This document shows positions 12,341 to 24,030 of a stretch of DNA of 64,000 bases, in pieces. This stretch comes from Camelus dromedarius. Taxonomy: Eukaryota. Location of the stretch: the NCBI RefSeq assembly GCF_036321535.1, contig NC_087436.1, positions 38,256,001 through 38,320,000 of the forward strand, given 5' to 3'. The translations under genes and the position numbers were made by a program. The notes beneath the pieces are model-generated. The model worked only from the letters and a program-made list of their open reading frames with translations, was not told the DNA's origin and did not search any database. Numbering within the stretch: position 1 is the first letter of the stretch; each line of letters starts with the position of its first letter.

Positions 12341-14659
12341 TCATAACCTTACCCAATTACACATCACACTTTTGTGTCCTCCTTTATGCCGGCCAATGTG
12401 CCCCCATCTTTTCCCAAAACAAATTCCAGTTTTGTATGTAGTAAAGAGAAGAGAAGACACCAAGCTCTTCTCTGTAGACTGTGTTTCCCAAAACTCAACA
12501 GTCATTAATAGCAGCTCACTTGAGGAATGTGGTATGAAAGGCTACTAGTTTCTTTTTTTTTTTTGGTCCTAATATTGGTCCTATCCACTAGCAAATACAA
12601 TCACTTGTACTCATATTCAAGACAGTTAAATTTATAGATATTTATGTATATTCATTAGGAAAAACTACAGATTATTGGAATTGGATTGCCTCAATTTACA
12701 AATTCAGTTTTCTAAACAATTACTTTTGTTCTTAGATTTATATACAGCTTTAAAGTGGTACTAGCCAATGCTAGAGACAAAGTGCCCTAAATCTTGACAG
12801 TCCCATGAAATAAAATACTCTGGGAGTGGGACTGTTGTTACCTTGACTGACACATGGATGTCAGGCTTTGGATGTGACAAAACTCATACTGAGACTCATG
12901 ACTTTGAGAAACCAAGTCAGTTTCCTTTTTTGATAGGTCATATGTTTACAAAACTTAGGATTACAATAAAATGGAAGTTATTACTCGGGTAAATTATTTC
13001 CCTTATACCCTAAGTACAAGGCATGCGTCAATTTATATGATGGGCTTATTGGAATATGCATTAGAAAGCAAAATTTGTTTTACAAGCAAACTGAAGTAAA
13101 TTTCCTTACAGCTAAATCTCTCTAAATACATTGCTCGTAGGATTTGTGTAGTCATTTTGTGAATATTTGATACTGTTGACTTTATCAGTTTTGTCAACGT
13201 GGAGTCCTTTGCATGTGAGCCATCACCCCAGCAGGCTCGGTTCCGAGGGCAACCATTAACTTTGCTAACGCTGTGAGGATTCCTGAACATTAGTATTCTA
13301 ATGAGACACTCATGTGTCTCCTTCTACATTAAGAGTATCTTTATGCTAAACCTGCTGCTTCTATGTCTAAATCGAAGTCACAGACCAGAGATTAAAGAAA
13401 AATTGACCTGAAAACAGAAGTTAATTTTTTGCAATGCTTTTTACAATTTGCCACTTATAATACCTAAAGTCACTTACAAAGGAATTTAGCCAGTCAGTCA
13501 TCAATGAGGTACCACAAAGCAGTATGACTGTTTGCAAACAGAAGTAAATTTTGACGTCTTCCTATTTCCTTTGTCGTTGGAAGAGCAAGAAAATATATAA
13601 CTCTACTTGATCTCAGAACTTTTGAACCAGAAGTGTTTTAATGGTAAAATGATGAAACATTCCTGACTTTTTCCCAGCTCAGTAAAAGGTAAGACAAGCT
13701 GTGCTGTGAATACCAAAGCCTCAGGCAGATTTCCACCAAGCGGGCAAAATTGTTTTTCTTTCTTTGAAGAAGTACATGTGGCTCATGAAGAACCATGAAA
13801 CTAGGGGGAAATGAAGAGGAAACATTAAATCTGTGGGGAAAAAAGATGTGGTGTAATATATACATTACAAATCACTTCAAAAATTTGCTCCAAAGATCTA
13901 AAACAATTAAAAGGCTTTGAAAAAATAGGAACAATTTTCCTGCCAAAAAGTTACTTAACATACCCTATTTCCTACATTTTCCCCCTTATTTGCTGAAAAT
14001 TCACATTCTTATAGATGTCATTTGTAGAAACTGATTTAGTATTCATTATTTTCCTTACACATTGCACATAATTAAATTTGCAGTTCCCCTTATTATAAAA
14101 CTTTTTCAAAATGAAACTATAATTATACAAAGAATAGTGTTAAATAATCTATGTACTTTAAGATCTAATATTTGTAGTAAGCCTGAAATAATTATAATAT
14201 TTTGGAATAAAATAATAATGATCTCTTGGGATGGCAGAAGAGAGTCTTACATCAGCTTGGAGTTATAAACATTAGAGTAGAGATTTTTGAATCCTTTCAT
14301 ATAAGAAATAAAACTGGAATCTATGTGGCATGACTCTTTAGTTCTTATTCTGAGCTTCTAGACTGCACTTAGAAAGTCTCATTTTAACTATAATTTGGGG
14401 GTTCCCTATCTAGATCTTCAGTTGATTAGGAACACTGTATGGAGAAATGTCCTTTGACTGAAACACAATGCTTCTTTCTACTAGTTGATATTGTGGGGAA
14501 GAGTTAACTGTGCAAAGTGTACACTGCTCTCTGAGGCTGCTGCTTCTCCATCTTTGAGAACTCTAGAATAAACTCCAGTACACAAATTTTAATAACTTCA
14601 TCAAATTTGACAAAAGAAGACACATCCAATTAACATCTATGCTTAGACATTTCAAAAAT

Positions 14660-14915
14660 ATCCACATCCAGAAAAGGAAACCCTCCTACATTGTTGGTAG
14701 GAATACAAGTTGGTGTAGTCACTACAGAGAAAAATATGGATGTTCCTTAAAAAACAAAATAGAGTTATCTTGTAATTCCACTCCTAGGTATACATACGGA
14801 AAAAAATAAAAACACTAATTGAAAAGATACATGCAACCCAATGTTCATAGCAGCACTATTTACAATAGTTAAGACATGGAAGCAACCCATCAACAGACAA
14901 TTGGATTAAGAAGAT
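14660..14915 (+). mobile_element. L1 ORF2 C-terminal/3' fragment
   Basis: gaaaaggaaaccctcctacattgttggtaggaat..ccactcctaggtata..aaagatacatgcaaccccaatgttcatagcagcactatttacaatag..acatggaagcaacc. Confidence 0.9.
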
Positions 14916-17778
14916 TATATGCATATATATTGTATATTGGATAATATTAGAAACTGGGGAAATAAAGCATATTGCCTGCCTTTGAAACCTTTATGGTCTC
15001 CTATCAGAAGACAGCCACGTATAAAATGAACCAAACAATGTGATACAGGAAGCAGAATTCTGATATTATTTTGTGAACATTTATGCCATTGAGGAACCCC
15101 AAAATTAAAGAAAAGTTCAGAAAACAAGTAATTCCTTTCATAAATTTAGAAAGCCTAAATTCTTCATTTCAAGTAAGTTTTCCATAATAACCACACGATA
15201 CCAGTAATATCTGTGACTGTTGAGTCTGATCCAACAAAGAAGCTCAACTTTTAAATTAAAAAGAAAAGTTATTTAAAATGTGTATCAATATCTTTATTAA
15301 ACAAATAATCTTTAAAGTCTTAATATCAACCTCAAAATTTAGTAACAGTCCCAAGTATATATTGAGAAAAGAAAGAATTTTAGTTTGGTGTGAAAACTAA
15401 AACAGAGACAAAACAATAATATGGAATACATGTAATATAATGCAATAGACAATTTGAATAGCATACCACAGTATGATTTCTGTAATACTTTGAATATCAT
15501 GTGAATAATGGTAATTTTTAATTATAGGTCTATAGATGTTTGAAAGTTGTTAATACTCGGCTTTTAAAATGAAATATTAAATGATTAAAATAGATTTCTC
15601 CTATCTCATGCAGCAACTGTGATTATATGTAAATTTCTCTCCAATTACAGAAAATGAGGGGAAAGCTATAAAGACTGCTCTACTCTAGTTTATTAAATGA
15701 GTCCAGATTTTATCCAGTGCAGACCATTTGATTATGTATGCAGACACTCATCTTTCCACGTTTGAATAATGCATAGGAATGATAAGATGTTTACTTTGAG
15801 ATATCAAAATGAACAGTGACTGTGCTCTGAAAACAAAGCATTTTGTTTGTTTATTTATTTATTTTAAATGTCTCTTTCTCCTGAGCCCTCAGTGGGAGAG
15901 TTTGGACCTCCAAAGAGTCTTCTGATCTATATCTGCTATCATATTTCAACTCATTTGACTTTGAATGACTACTTCAAAGTAAATTGCTTAAGGAACAATT
16001 CTTAATTTAGGTCAATTAAAGACTTTCAGATACATAAAACTTTAAAACTTTTGAAATTTAAAACTAAAGCAAACAAAAAATTTTTTAAATAAAACTAAAA
16101 CAAAGAAAAATAACCCAAACCAGTCTGTGTGTGTGTGTGTGCATGTGAGTGTATAAAATAACATATGTATGTAAGTGTAACAACTGAGCAAGGCCAAAAC
16201 ATATGAGCATACCTAGTCTACAGGTGAGTTTTTATACATATTAAGAAAAAAAGAAATTAGATGAAGACTCATTCTCAAGTCCTCCTGTTCTGAGTATTTA
16301 TCTCCTAGCATGACAAACTATTTGAAAATAATTTTGGATGAGCTTAGCAAAGCATCATTTCTTGGTACCAAAAATATCCTCTCTACTATTTGCAGCACTA
16401 GTCAGATATTTACATTAATAATAGAGTTCTATACTTTTCAAAGTGCTTAATAAAATTTGTATCAGACAGTTATTTTCAGGATCCAGTTTTCAGACAACAG
16501 GAGAACAAAATCTGTTAAGTTACCTGCTTAAGTCTTCAGAGAAAGGCAGGAATTAATGTAGATATAAACGCAGGTATGAACTCAACCTACTCTGTCTCTG
16601 TGCTTGTGAGGCGTGGGGAGGAGGGAGAACTTAGCTAGGGGTTCATTTCAAAATTTCTGAGCACATTTTCTTTAGAATAATTTTCATGTGAAAATGCTCT
16701 GAAATAACTCCTATTCCTCCTAAAGTATTTATCTTGAGCATCTTAGGGTCAGAGCTGGCACATAACAAACACTAAGAGATGGCAGTATTCATTTCCTGTC
16801 TCTGAACAGTATTTAAAATTGTCATCTCTTTTAGTGAAAAAAAAAAGGATAGACTTTAAAAAGTTATTTATGTAAAGTAAAATCATAATGCAGATGCTTC
16901 AATATTGCTTACTGCTGAAATGTAAAAATACAGCTTGTTTCTAAGATTTTAAATTAGTTCGTAACAATTTTTTTTAAAAATTAGGTTTAGTCAAAGCTGT
17001 CATTGAGACATCTAATTTTCCATGTGTCTATTTATAGAGTAATCTTAAAGCTTCATTCTGGTACAGAACCAAAATGAAATAAAAAACATTTCAGATATTC
17101 CATTTTGATGAAAGAATTTTCTGAAACTGGATGCTCTGTTTAACGCTTCAGGAATTCAAGCTGGAAGATTGCAAGTCATATTTGTCTCAGGAAAGAGTTG
17201 CCAAGATTGTTATTTGAACAATTTATATACATTAAGTAGATAAGTTTGTTGGGACTGATCCTAAGTAAACTTTACTTTTAATCTGTCTTTTCTAACTCTC
17301 TTGTTTGGAACTTCCCTCAATTTCCCGAGGCTCTTCTGGGGCCCCCATGGGCATCGTCCCCATGGTCATGCTTCATGGTTCAGATTTATCCCTTCACCAG
17401 ATGCAAACTTTCTATTCCAATTTCCTTGGGCCCTGCTTCATTTAAACACAAATGCACACACAAAAACTAGCACAAGTCTTTCCTTTTGTGTAAACAGGAT
17501 AATGTATTACTTAATTCAGTAAGAGTAATGTTTTAACCTCTGTTCACACTTAACTATAAAGAAGTGCTTCTAAAAATTAGAATTCAGGCCCTGGATGAAG
17601 TCATTGGTAGAAAGAAGGACATGGAAGGCTTTTTAATGTGTGTAATTCTATCAGCAAATAAAGCTGAGCCTGAAAGTAATACAGAAAGGAAAAACTCATC
17701 AGCACCATAGTTTGCCAAAATGATGGTTAGTTTTTACCTTCCTCACATTCACTCTCTCCCCACTTTCAGACACTATGT

Positions 17779-17930
17779 CAGTGCTTCTCAAACACCTGGG
17801 ATCTTGGCACAATGAGATTTGGATTGAGCAGGTCTGATATTAGGGGTACAGCCTAAGACTCTGCATTTCTAATTAACTCCCAGGTGGTACAGAGGCTGCT
17901 AGTCCATGAACTGTATTTTGAGTGATAAGA
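17779..17930. mobile_element. MER5-family hAT-Charlie MITE
   Basis: cagtgcttctcaaac..cacctggg..caggtctg..gcctaagactctgcatttctaa..ctcccaggtg..tgctagtcca..ttttgagt. Confidence 0.75.
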
Positions 17931-18929
17931 CATGAGACATCAGAATGTTTTCTGCCTGGAGAATACAGCTTATCTAAATAAATATATCAGGCTATAAAGA
18001 ATGCTGGACCTCTTAAGTACTAGGACAATGTTACATCATATGAAGGATTTAAATAAATATTATCTGTACTATTATATGATATAGTTTCCTTTATTTTACT
18101 CCCACCTTCCCCAAAATATCTCATCATAACAAAATAAAAACCTCATTTGGAATAGAAGGGTTTTCGTGGCTTGGCCAAACAATCACAAGACTCCTAACTT
18201 CATGCTAACCGTGTAAAACTGTGCTCATTTGCTCTACACTTAGTATTTTTTACATAGTTCAGTACTTTTGTACAGAATTCCTCTGTCTTGCTTTACTATC
18301 CTGACCTGCCTTTCCTGCTCCCTCTAGAATCAGATCATATGCAGCCACCTTAGGTCACATGATCAAGTGTAGCATAAATTCATAACCTAACATTAAAGGG
18401 AAAAATCAGCAGAAATTTTTAGAGAAAAAAATATCAATGCAAAAAGTAAGACCTATTATTATCTTGCTCATTAACAATTCAGAGCAGCCAGGATTTTGAC
18501 TGTCAATTAGACTTTGTTTTTGTACACTGAAAAATATCTCAAGATAATGTAGAGAATTGAGGTTAAGATGAAATGATTCAGCAACCACTTCCTAATCCTT
18601 TATCAATTTTCCCATGAAAATCTTATGCAATCTCAAACACAGATATAAATCTGTAACAGTGGTAGGAAATAGGACTGTTGATAAAAGATATGCCAGATCT
18701 TAAGAGGAATTTTCAGGCACAAAAGTATTATTAAGCCCTGAGTCAGAACAGCAGGACAAGAGATTCTGGGAAAATGACAGTCTCTGTCCTGAATATGACA
18801 CATACAGGTGGACACTGCACCAAACTGAGGGAGGCAACCATGAAAGAAAGCAGATTTCTCTGATAGCCAGGAACATGTGTTTTCCTACTCAAGACCTAAC
18901 TTTCAACAGCCTTCTGGGAACACAGCAAG

Positions 18930-19385
18930 CCTACTCTAACAGCAATTCCCTTCCGTTCCCTTCCCCCTTCTTTAGTGTAGAACCTGCCTGTCTCACCTGA
19001 TAAATGTTAAAAATATGAACCACCCACTTCCTACGCTCCCTTGCAGCTAAGGCTGATCATGTGAGCCTATTCTGACCAATGAGCTAGAAGGTATCTTCCA
19101 GGAAAGGATTTTTACTTGAGAAGAGAAGAACCATTATCTCCCACCACTCCTTTCTTCCTGCCTTTTAAACAGCTCATTTGTAAGGCTGAAAGTAACCTGC
19201 TGACGATGCTGAGCAGAAGAAAAAGAAGGAAAAGAGGTTGAACTGCTTATTAATATTGGGCTCTTCTCCCTCTAAGTGTACCCTGGCACTGTGTTTATTA
19301 CGAAGAAAGCAGTGATACTGTACATAAAAAAGCCTGAAAGAATGAGGGAGATATGCAATCTGTGATTTATACATATCCGATCTAC
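18930..19385 (+). mobile_element. Old ERVL/MaLR LTR (LTR33- or MLT1J-like)
   Basis: ctcccttgcagctaaggctgatcatgtgagcctattctgaccaatgag motif shared by these LTRs. Confidence 0.55.
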
Positions 19386-19991
19386 TGTTGCTTATAGAAA
19401 AAAGGATTCCCACAATATAGATTATGGAAAATTATACCCTTTTCTTTGATTTTCAACCAATCTAACCTGAGTCATAGAGTTTAGGGGCAAGTGTGATGTT
19501 GGACTACGTGGAACTCCAGGTAGTGGTAGACAGAATTGATTTTTGTTGTTGTTTTCTTGGAATGGAGTAACCTAAGGCTGGCATCAGGGTTCCCCAGTTA
19601 AAAACAGGGTGTCATCCTGAAAGGAAATGTCTGGATACCTGGAGAAGGTGGCTTTCAGTTCTGCATGAATGTTCCTCTTCATCCTGGCCTGCCAGAGGCT
19701 GATGGACCCACACCTCAGTGATCTATCAAAAATCGAGACCACCTAAAGAAGCCCAAGGGAGCCCATAACCAGGAACTGAAGAAGGCAACGAAATACAAGT
19801 GCACAGCTGGTAAAAACAGCTGCTGAAGAGACAGATGACATTTTGATTACAAAAATAACAAACACTTACCAATATGCTAATAAGGCACTAAAGAGATATC
19901 CTAGGGTAAAAACAATAATTTCCTCAATAAATAATTATGTAGATAAAGTGAAGAAAAATATCTGTGTAAGAGCTGAATTAGTAGACAGAGA

Positions 19992-20069
19992 ATATATACA
20001 TATGTATGTGTGTGTGTATGTTGCATATATATATACATATATACATACAACATACACACACACACACAC
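19992..20069. repeat. Mixed (TG)/(TA)/(CA) microsatellite forming an inverted repeat
   Basis: Read directly; perfect 17-bp arms at 20007-20023 and 20048-20064. Confidence 0.95.
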
Positions 20070-20235
20070 TTTATATTTTAGAGCAGCTTTAGGTTCATAA
20101 CCAAACTGAGCAGAAAGTACAGGTATTTCCTATATAATTCCTAACCCTACTCATTCATAGCCTCCCCTATTACCAACATCCCCGTCAGAGTGGTACATTT
20201 TGTTACAATTGATTAACCAACACTGACACATACAG
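20070..20235 (-). mobile_element. L1MC-type 3' end
   Basis: ttttagagcagctttaggttcata..actgagcagaaagtacag..cctcccctattaccaacatcccc..cagagtggtacattttgttacaattgat..acactgacacat. Confidence 0.85.
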
Positions 20236-21195
20236 TCATTCAAAGTCCTTTTGGAAGTTTCCATTGAGATATCCTCTAACTCAAAGATTCTTTCCTCAGC
20301 TATGACGGGAAGATCATTAAAAGCATTCTTCATTTCTCTTACAGTGTTTTTAATCTCTAATATTTCTTTTTTTTTCCCTTAGGATTTTCATTCTCTAGTT
20401 ACACTGCCCAACTGTTCTTGCAAGTTGTCTACTTTATCTATCCATTAGAACTCTTCTCCTATTAATACTAATATGCTAATAAATCATGATTGTCTTAAAT
20501 TCCCAGGCTGATAATTCCAATGTCCCTGCCATGTTTTGTTCTGATGCTTCCTCTGTCACTTCAAATTGCATTTCTTGCTTTTTAGTATGTCTTGTAAGTT
20601 TTTCTTGATAGCTAGATATAATATACGAAGCAAACAGAATTGCTTTGACTATGCCTTTAGTAGTAGTAAAGTATGTGTGTGTGTGTGTGTGTGTGTGTGT
20701 CTGGTGGGGGGAGTGGGGAGGAAGCATTCTAATCTCAGTCTTTTAGTGAGCCCATGCCCCCAGACTATGAACTTTACAAGTGCATCTCAGTCCCATTCCC
20801 TTTCCCCTTAGGTGGGACAGGATGGCTACAGGGGGCTAGAGCTGTGTGTTTTCTTTCACCCATATGGAAGGCTAGAGCTGGCTGGAGTTGCAAATTTCCC
20901 ATCCTCCAGGTCAGTTAGGTTCTGATACAACCCTAGCAGGTTAGCCTCTGGTTGCCAAGTTTCTCCTGAGGGCAGAACTTGTATGAGAAGAGGAGAATGC
21001 TCTGGTGTATTTCAAAATGGTTTCTTTTCCTTTCCCTGTGCCAAAAGCACGGGTGATTTTTCTCCAATATTTACTGTAAGAACTTTGTTGAAATCCTGGA
21101 GGTAAAACTCACAGAAGTGTAGAGACCCTCCAATGACTGACTCCTCCTGGAGTTTTTAACTCTCAGACTTATCCACACAGAGACTCCAGCAAGTT
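20236..21195 (-). mobile_element. L1 (L1MC/MD-like) 5' UTR plus degenerate ORF1 N-terminus
   Basis: Minus-strand peptides SSYQEKLTRHTKKQEMQFEVTEEASEQNMAGTLELSAWEFKTIMI and MKNAFND..AEERIFELEDISMETSK resemble the L1 ORF1p N-terminus and coiled coil. Confidence 0.8.
20674..20700 (+). repeat. (TG)n microsatellite, ~13 units
   Basis: Read directly. Confidence 0.97.
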
Positions 21196-21550
21196 GATGA
21201 AAATAAGCAAAGAGTATTTATTCAGAGTTTGCTACAGCAAAGGAGGAGTAAACATTACTTGTGTTTAGCACAGACTCAGAAGCAGGCAGAGTTGGGAGAA
21301 CTTTGAAGTGGAAAAAAGGCAAAGCTTTAGGTATTCCCTGATTGGAGACTGTTGGCAAGGGGAAGCTGTCGGCAAGCTAACTAGAAGTGAGACATCCTGT
21401 GTAATTGGTTAGGGGAGCATATTTGGCCTTCTTCAGTTGGTCCTAAGTTGGAAGTGAGGGCAAAAATTAGAGAAGCTGTCAGTTATTTATGAAGTCCTGG
21501 CCATTTGAGGCCAATTACTACAGGGGCTGTAGGACTGTTTGCTGCAGTTA
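21196..21550 (-). mobile_element. ERV1-class LTR fragment (MER89/MER90-like)
   Basis: tttattcagagtttgctacagcaa..ccctgattggagactgttggc..gctaactagaag..ggggagcatatttggc..aagtcctggccattt; subfamily recalled from memory. Confidence 0.65.
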
Positions 21551-21561
21551 GTAGTATAGAT

Positions 21562-21865
21562 AGCACATCATGCTAAGTGAAAGAAGGCACACACAAAATG
21601 ATGCACAATGTATAAAGCCACTTATGTGAAGTATCTGGAAGATAAATCCATAGAGACAGAATGCAGACTGGTGGTTCCAGGAGCTGGGAGAGAGAGGGGA
21701 GTGGGGAGCATTGCTTCCTTTAGGGGTACTGAAAATATTTTGGAACTGGATAGAGATAGAGATGATAGATGTACAACATTGTAAATATACTGAATGCCAT
21801 TGAATTTTCACTTTAAAATGGTTAATTTTCTTTTATGTGAATTTTACCTCATTAAGAAAAAAAAA
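21562..21865 (+). mobile_element. L1MB-type 3' UTR with A tail
   Basis: catcatgctaagtgaaagaag..aaatccatagagacagaa..tgtacaacattgtaaatatactgaatgccattgaatt..ttaaaatggttaatttt..atgtgaattttacctca, then A run. Confidence 0.9.
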
Positions 21866-21869
21866 TCTT

Positions 21870-23460
21870 CTAAATAATATTCTAATTACTTAGACGTTGA
21901 GAAACATTCTCCTAACAATGAAATCTAAAGAAAAATTACAACCTATCTAAATGCAATGAAAGTAAAATTATTTCATTATTATCAGGAGGAAAAGGTCAAA
22001 AATTAAGAAATCTAGTACTCAGCTAAAGAACTTTATATAAAGAACAATATAAACCAAAAGAAACTAGGAAAGCGGTAAAACAAAAATAAGGCTGAAATTA
22101 GTTAAAAAAAAAGAAAGCTGGTTTGATGGAAAGACCAAACTGATCAACTGTTTGAAATCCTATTAAAGAAAGACAGCAATAATACGATTAAAAATGATAA
22201 AGGAGGTGGGGTAGATACAGCTTAGTGGTAGAGTATGTGCTTAGCATGCAAGAGATCCTGGGTTCAATCCCCAGCACCTCCACTAAAATAAACACATAAT
22301 AATATAAATAAAGCCCTAATTACCTCCCCTCTCAAAAAAAAAAAAAAAAAAAAGGAAAAAGAAAAGAAATGATAAAAAGAGGTGTGTCACTCAGAAAAGT
22401 TTTTTAAAAAGTAAAAGAAAACACCTCATGAAACATGATGGCAACATATTTGAAAATAGAGTACAAATGAATCATTGCCTAAAAATGATTATTTCTCAGT
22501 ATGATTACCCAAAAGACACCAGAAAACTTGAATAAGCCACTTACACAGACAAAATTTACTGGTTTGCTCATTTAACATATATTTGTTTTATGAAAACTGT
22601 ACTACAAAAATTGGGAGAGATTTCCAGAATAAATGACTCTGAGGAATATTACATTATTTTCCTTATTATCTCAGCGTCATGAAATTTTTTTTAAATCTTT
22701 GCAATTTTGCAGAACTGTATGTCAAGGAGCTTGCAAAATGCTGTACCATATAAGATCACCCTCGTCATAAAATGACTGCTGTGGAATAAAGGAAATATAT
22801 TTTCAAATACTCATCTATTTTAAAAGACATGGTTCTCAAGATTTTTATTAGTGATTTCTTTCAAAATTTGAAGAAATATAATATTCTTGTAAATAAACCA
22901 TTCCAGAGCATAGAAAGGATTTAAATAAATCTCAGTGAAATTAGCCCATCTTCTTTAACCAAAAACTACCTAAGTTTGTTCTATAAAAGAAAATTAGAGA
23001 CAAATTTTGCTTATAAATAAACAAAAGTCAAATCAAGATATTAGCTAAGTTAATCCAATAGTATATAAAAGATAAAATATCATGACTAAATAAGTATCTT
23101 CCATTTAAGTTAAAAACTGCTTAATATTAGGAAAATTTGATCATCTGTATTTCATAATAATTGGCCAAATGACAAAGAATTTTGATAACATTTCACATCA
23201 CATCTTTATTTTTAAAAATAGTAAGGTATAAATAGAAATATATTTCTTCCAAATGATAAGAATATCTACTTAAAGCCAAAAACCACCACTGAATTTAATT
23301 ATAAAACTTTAGAGACATTCCACTTACTTCAAGATTAACATAAGTATTCACACTGCAATCACTGTGGCTCAGTATTACTCTCAAAGTTCTGGTCTATTCA
23401 ATTAAACTAGAGGAACAAAAGAGATAAAACTATTAGAATATGAAAAATATGTTATTCTCA
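21870..23460 (+). mobile_element. Heavily decayed old L1 ORF2 segment (host of the SINE insertion)
   Basis: A-rich L1-like motifs: aaaccaaaagaaactagga, aaagctggtttgatggaaag, ccagaaaacttgaataagcc, attccagagcatagaaag, ctctcaaagttctggtctattcaatt. Confidence 0.6.
22208..22366 (+). mobile_element. tRNA-Ala(AGC)-derived SINE, camelid Vic-1-like, with Pol III A/B boxes, A tail and target-site duplication
   Basis: A box cagcttagtgg, anticodon loop ttagcat, B box ggttcaatcc, AT-rich linker, cctaattacctcccc 3' module, A20 tail; flanks aaatgataaaggaggt (22192-22207) and aaatgataaaaagaggt (22367-22383). Confidence 0.88.
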
Positions 23461-23619
23461 AACAGGTAAAAATTAGAACTTAAGTGTTCTTCAAATGAAG
23501 ATTGGTTAAAACTGAATTACAGTACAATCTCCCTGGCATTAAAAATACTATTTTATAGGAATACTGAAATTAGAATCTGTTTATAACATATTATAACATA
23601 ACATAAAAATGTCAACTAC

Positions 23620-23770
23620 CATTAACTCACTGAACAAATAAGTACAAGGCACTGTTTCAGGCAATCGGGATTAAAGAGTTTAAAAAACACACACACTCAC
23701 ACACACAAGTCCCTGCCCCAATGGTGCTTACATTCTAGAAGGGAAGTGCAGACAGACAAAAAATAAGCAA
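23620..23770 (-). mobile_element. L2 LINE 3' fragment
   Basis: caaggcactgtttcaggca..aagtccctgccccaatggtgcttacattctag..cagacagaca. Confidence 0.7.
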
Positions 23771-23869
23771 ATGTACTTCTATTATTATTCATGTTTATCT
23801 AATAACCTCTCAGAGAATAATATCAATGTCTAAAATATTATTGTCAGTCTGACTGTATTTTAATTCTTG

Positions 23870-24030
23870 ATTTTTAATATAGAAATACATATGAAAAAGA
23901 TTGGAAGCTTAATATCAAAATGTAAACTATGGTTATTTCCAAACATTATAATTGTGAATGATTTCATAGTTTGCATGCTTTTTCTTGCTTTTCAAAAATT
24001 ATTTCTACAATGAATGCAAAAAATACAAAA
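23870..24030 (+). mobile_element. L1ME-type 3' end fragment
   Basis: aaaagattggaag..tatcaaaatgtaaactatggttatttc..atttctacaatgaatgc. Confidence 0.55.

Noticed and set aside
13035..13096. Possible box C/D snoRNA (ATGATG ... CTGA)
   Set aside because: The C box reads TGATGG rather than TGATGA, and there is no terminal stem or recognisable guide.
16770..16790. CTCF-like motifs (also ~32925-32940 and ~52328-52345)
   Set aside because: Only the 3' half (AGRKGGCA) matches and the CCA/CCG 5' part is missing. Such partial hits are expected by chance without a PWM score.
20151..20727. ORFs with protein-like coiled-coil sequence
   Set aside because: These are frameshifted L1 ORF1 remnants, not a host gene.
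22208..22282. Apparent tRNA-Ala(AGC) gene
   Set aside because: The acceptor stem pairs poorly, and the head is followed by a SINE body, A tail and TSD, so it is a tRNA-derived SINE.
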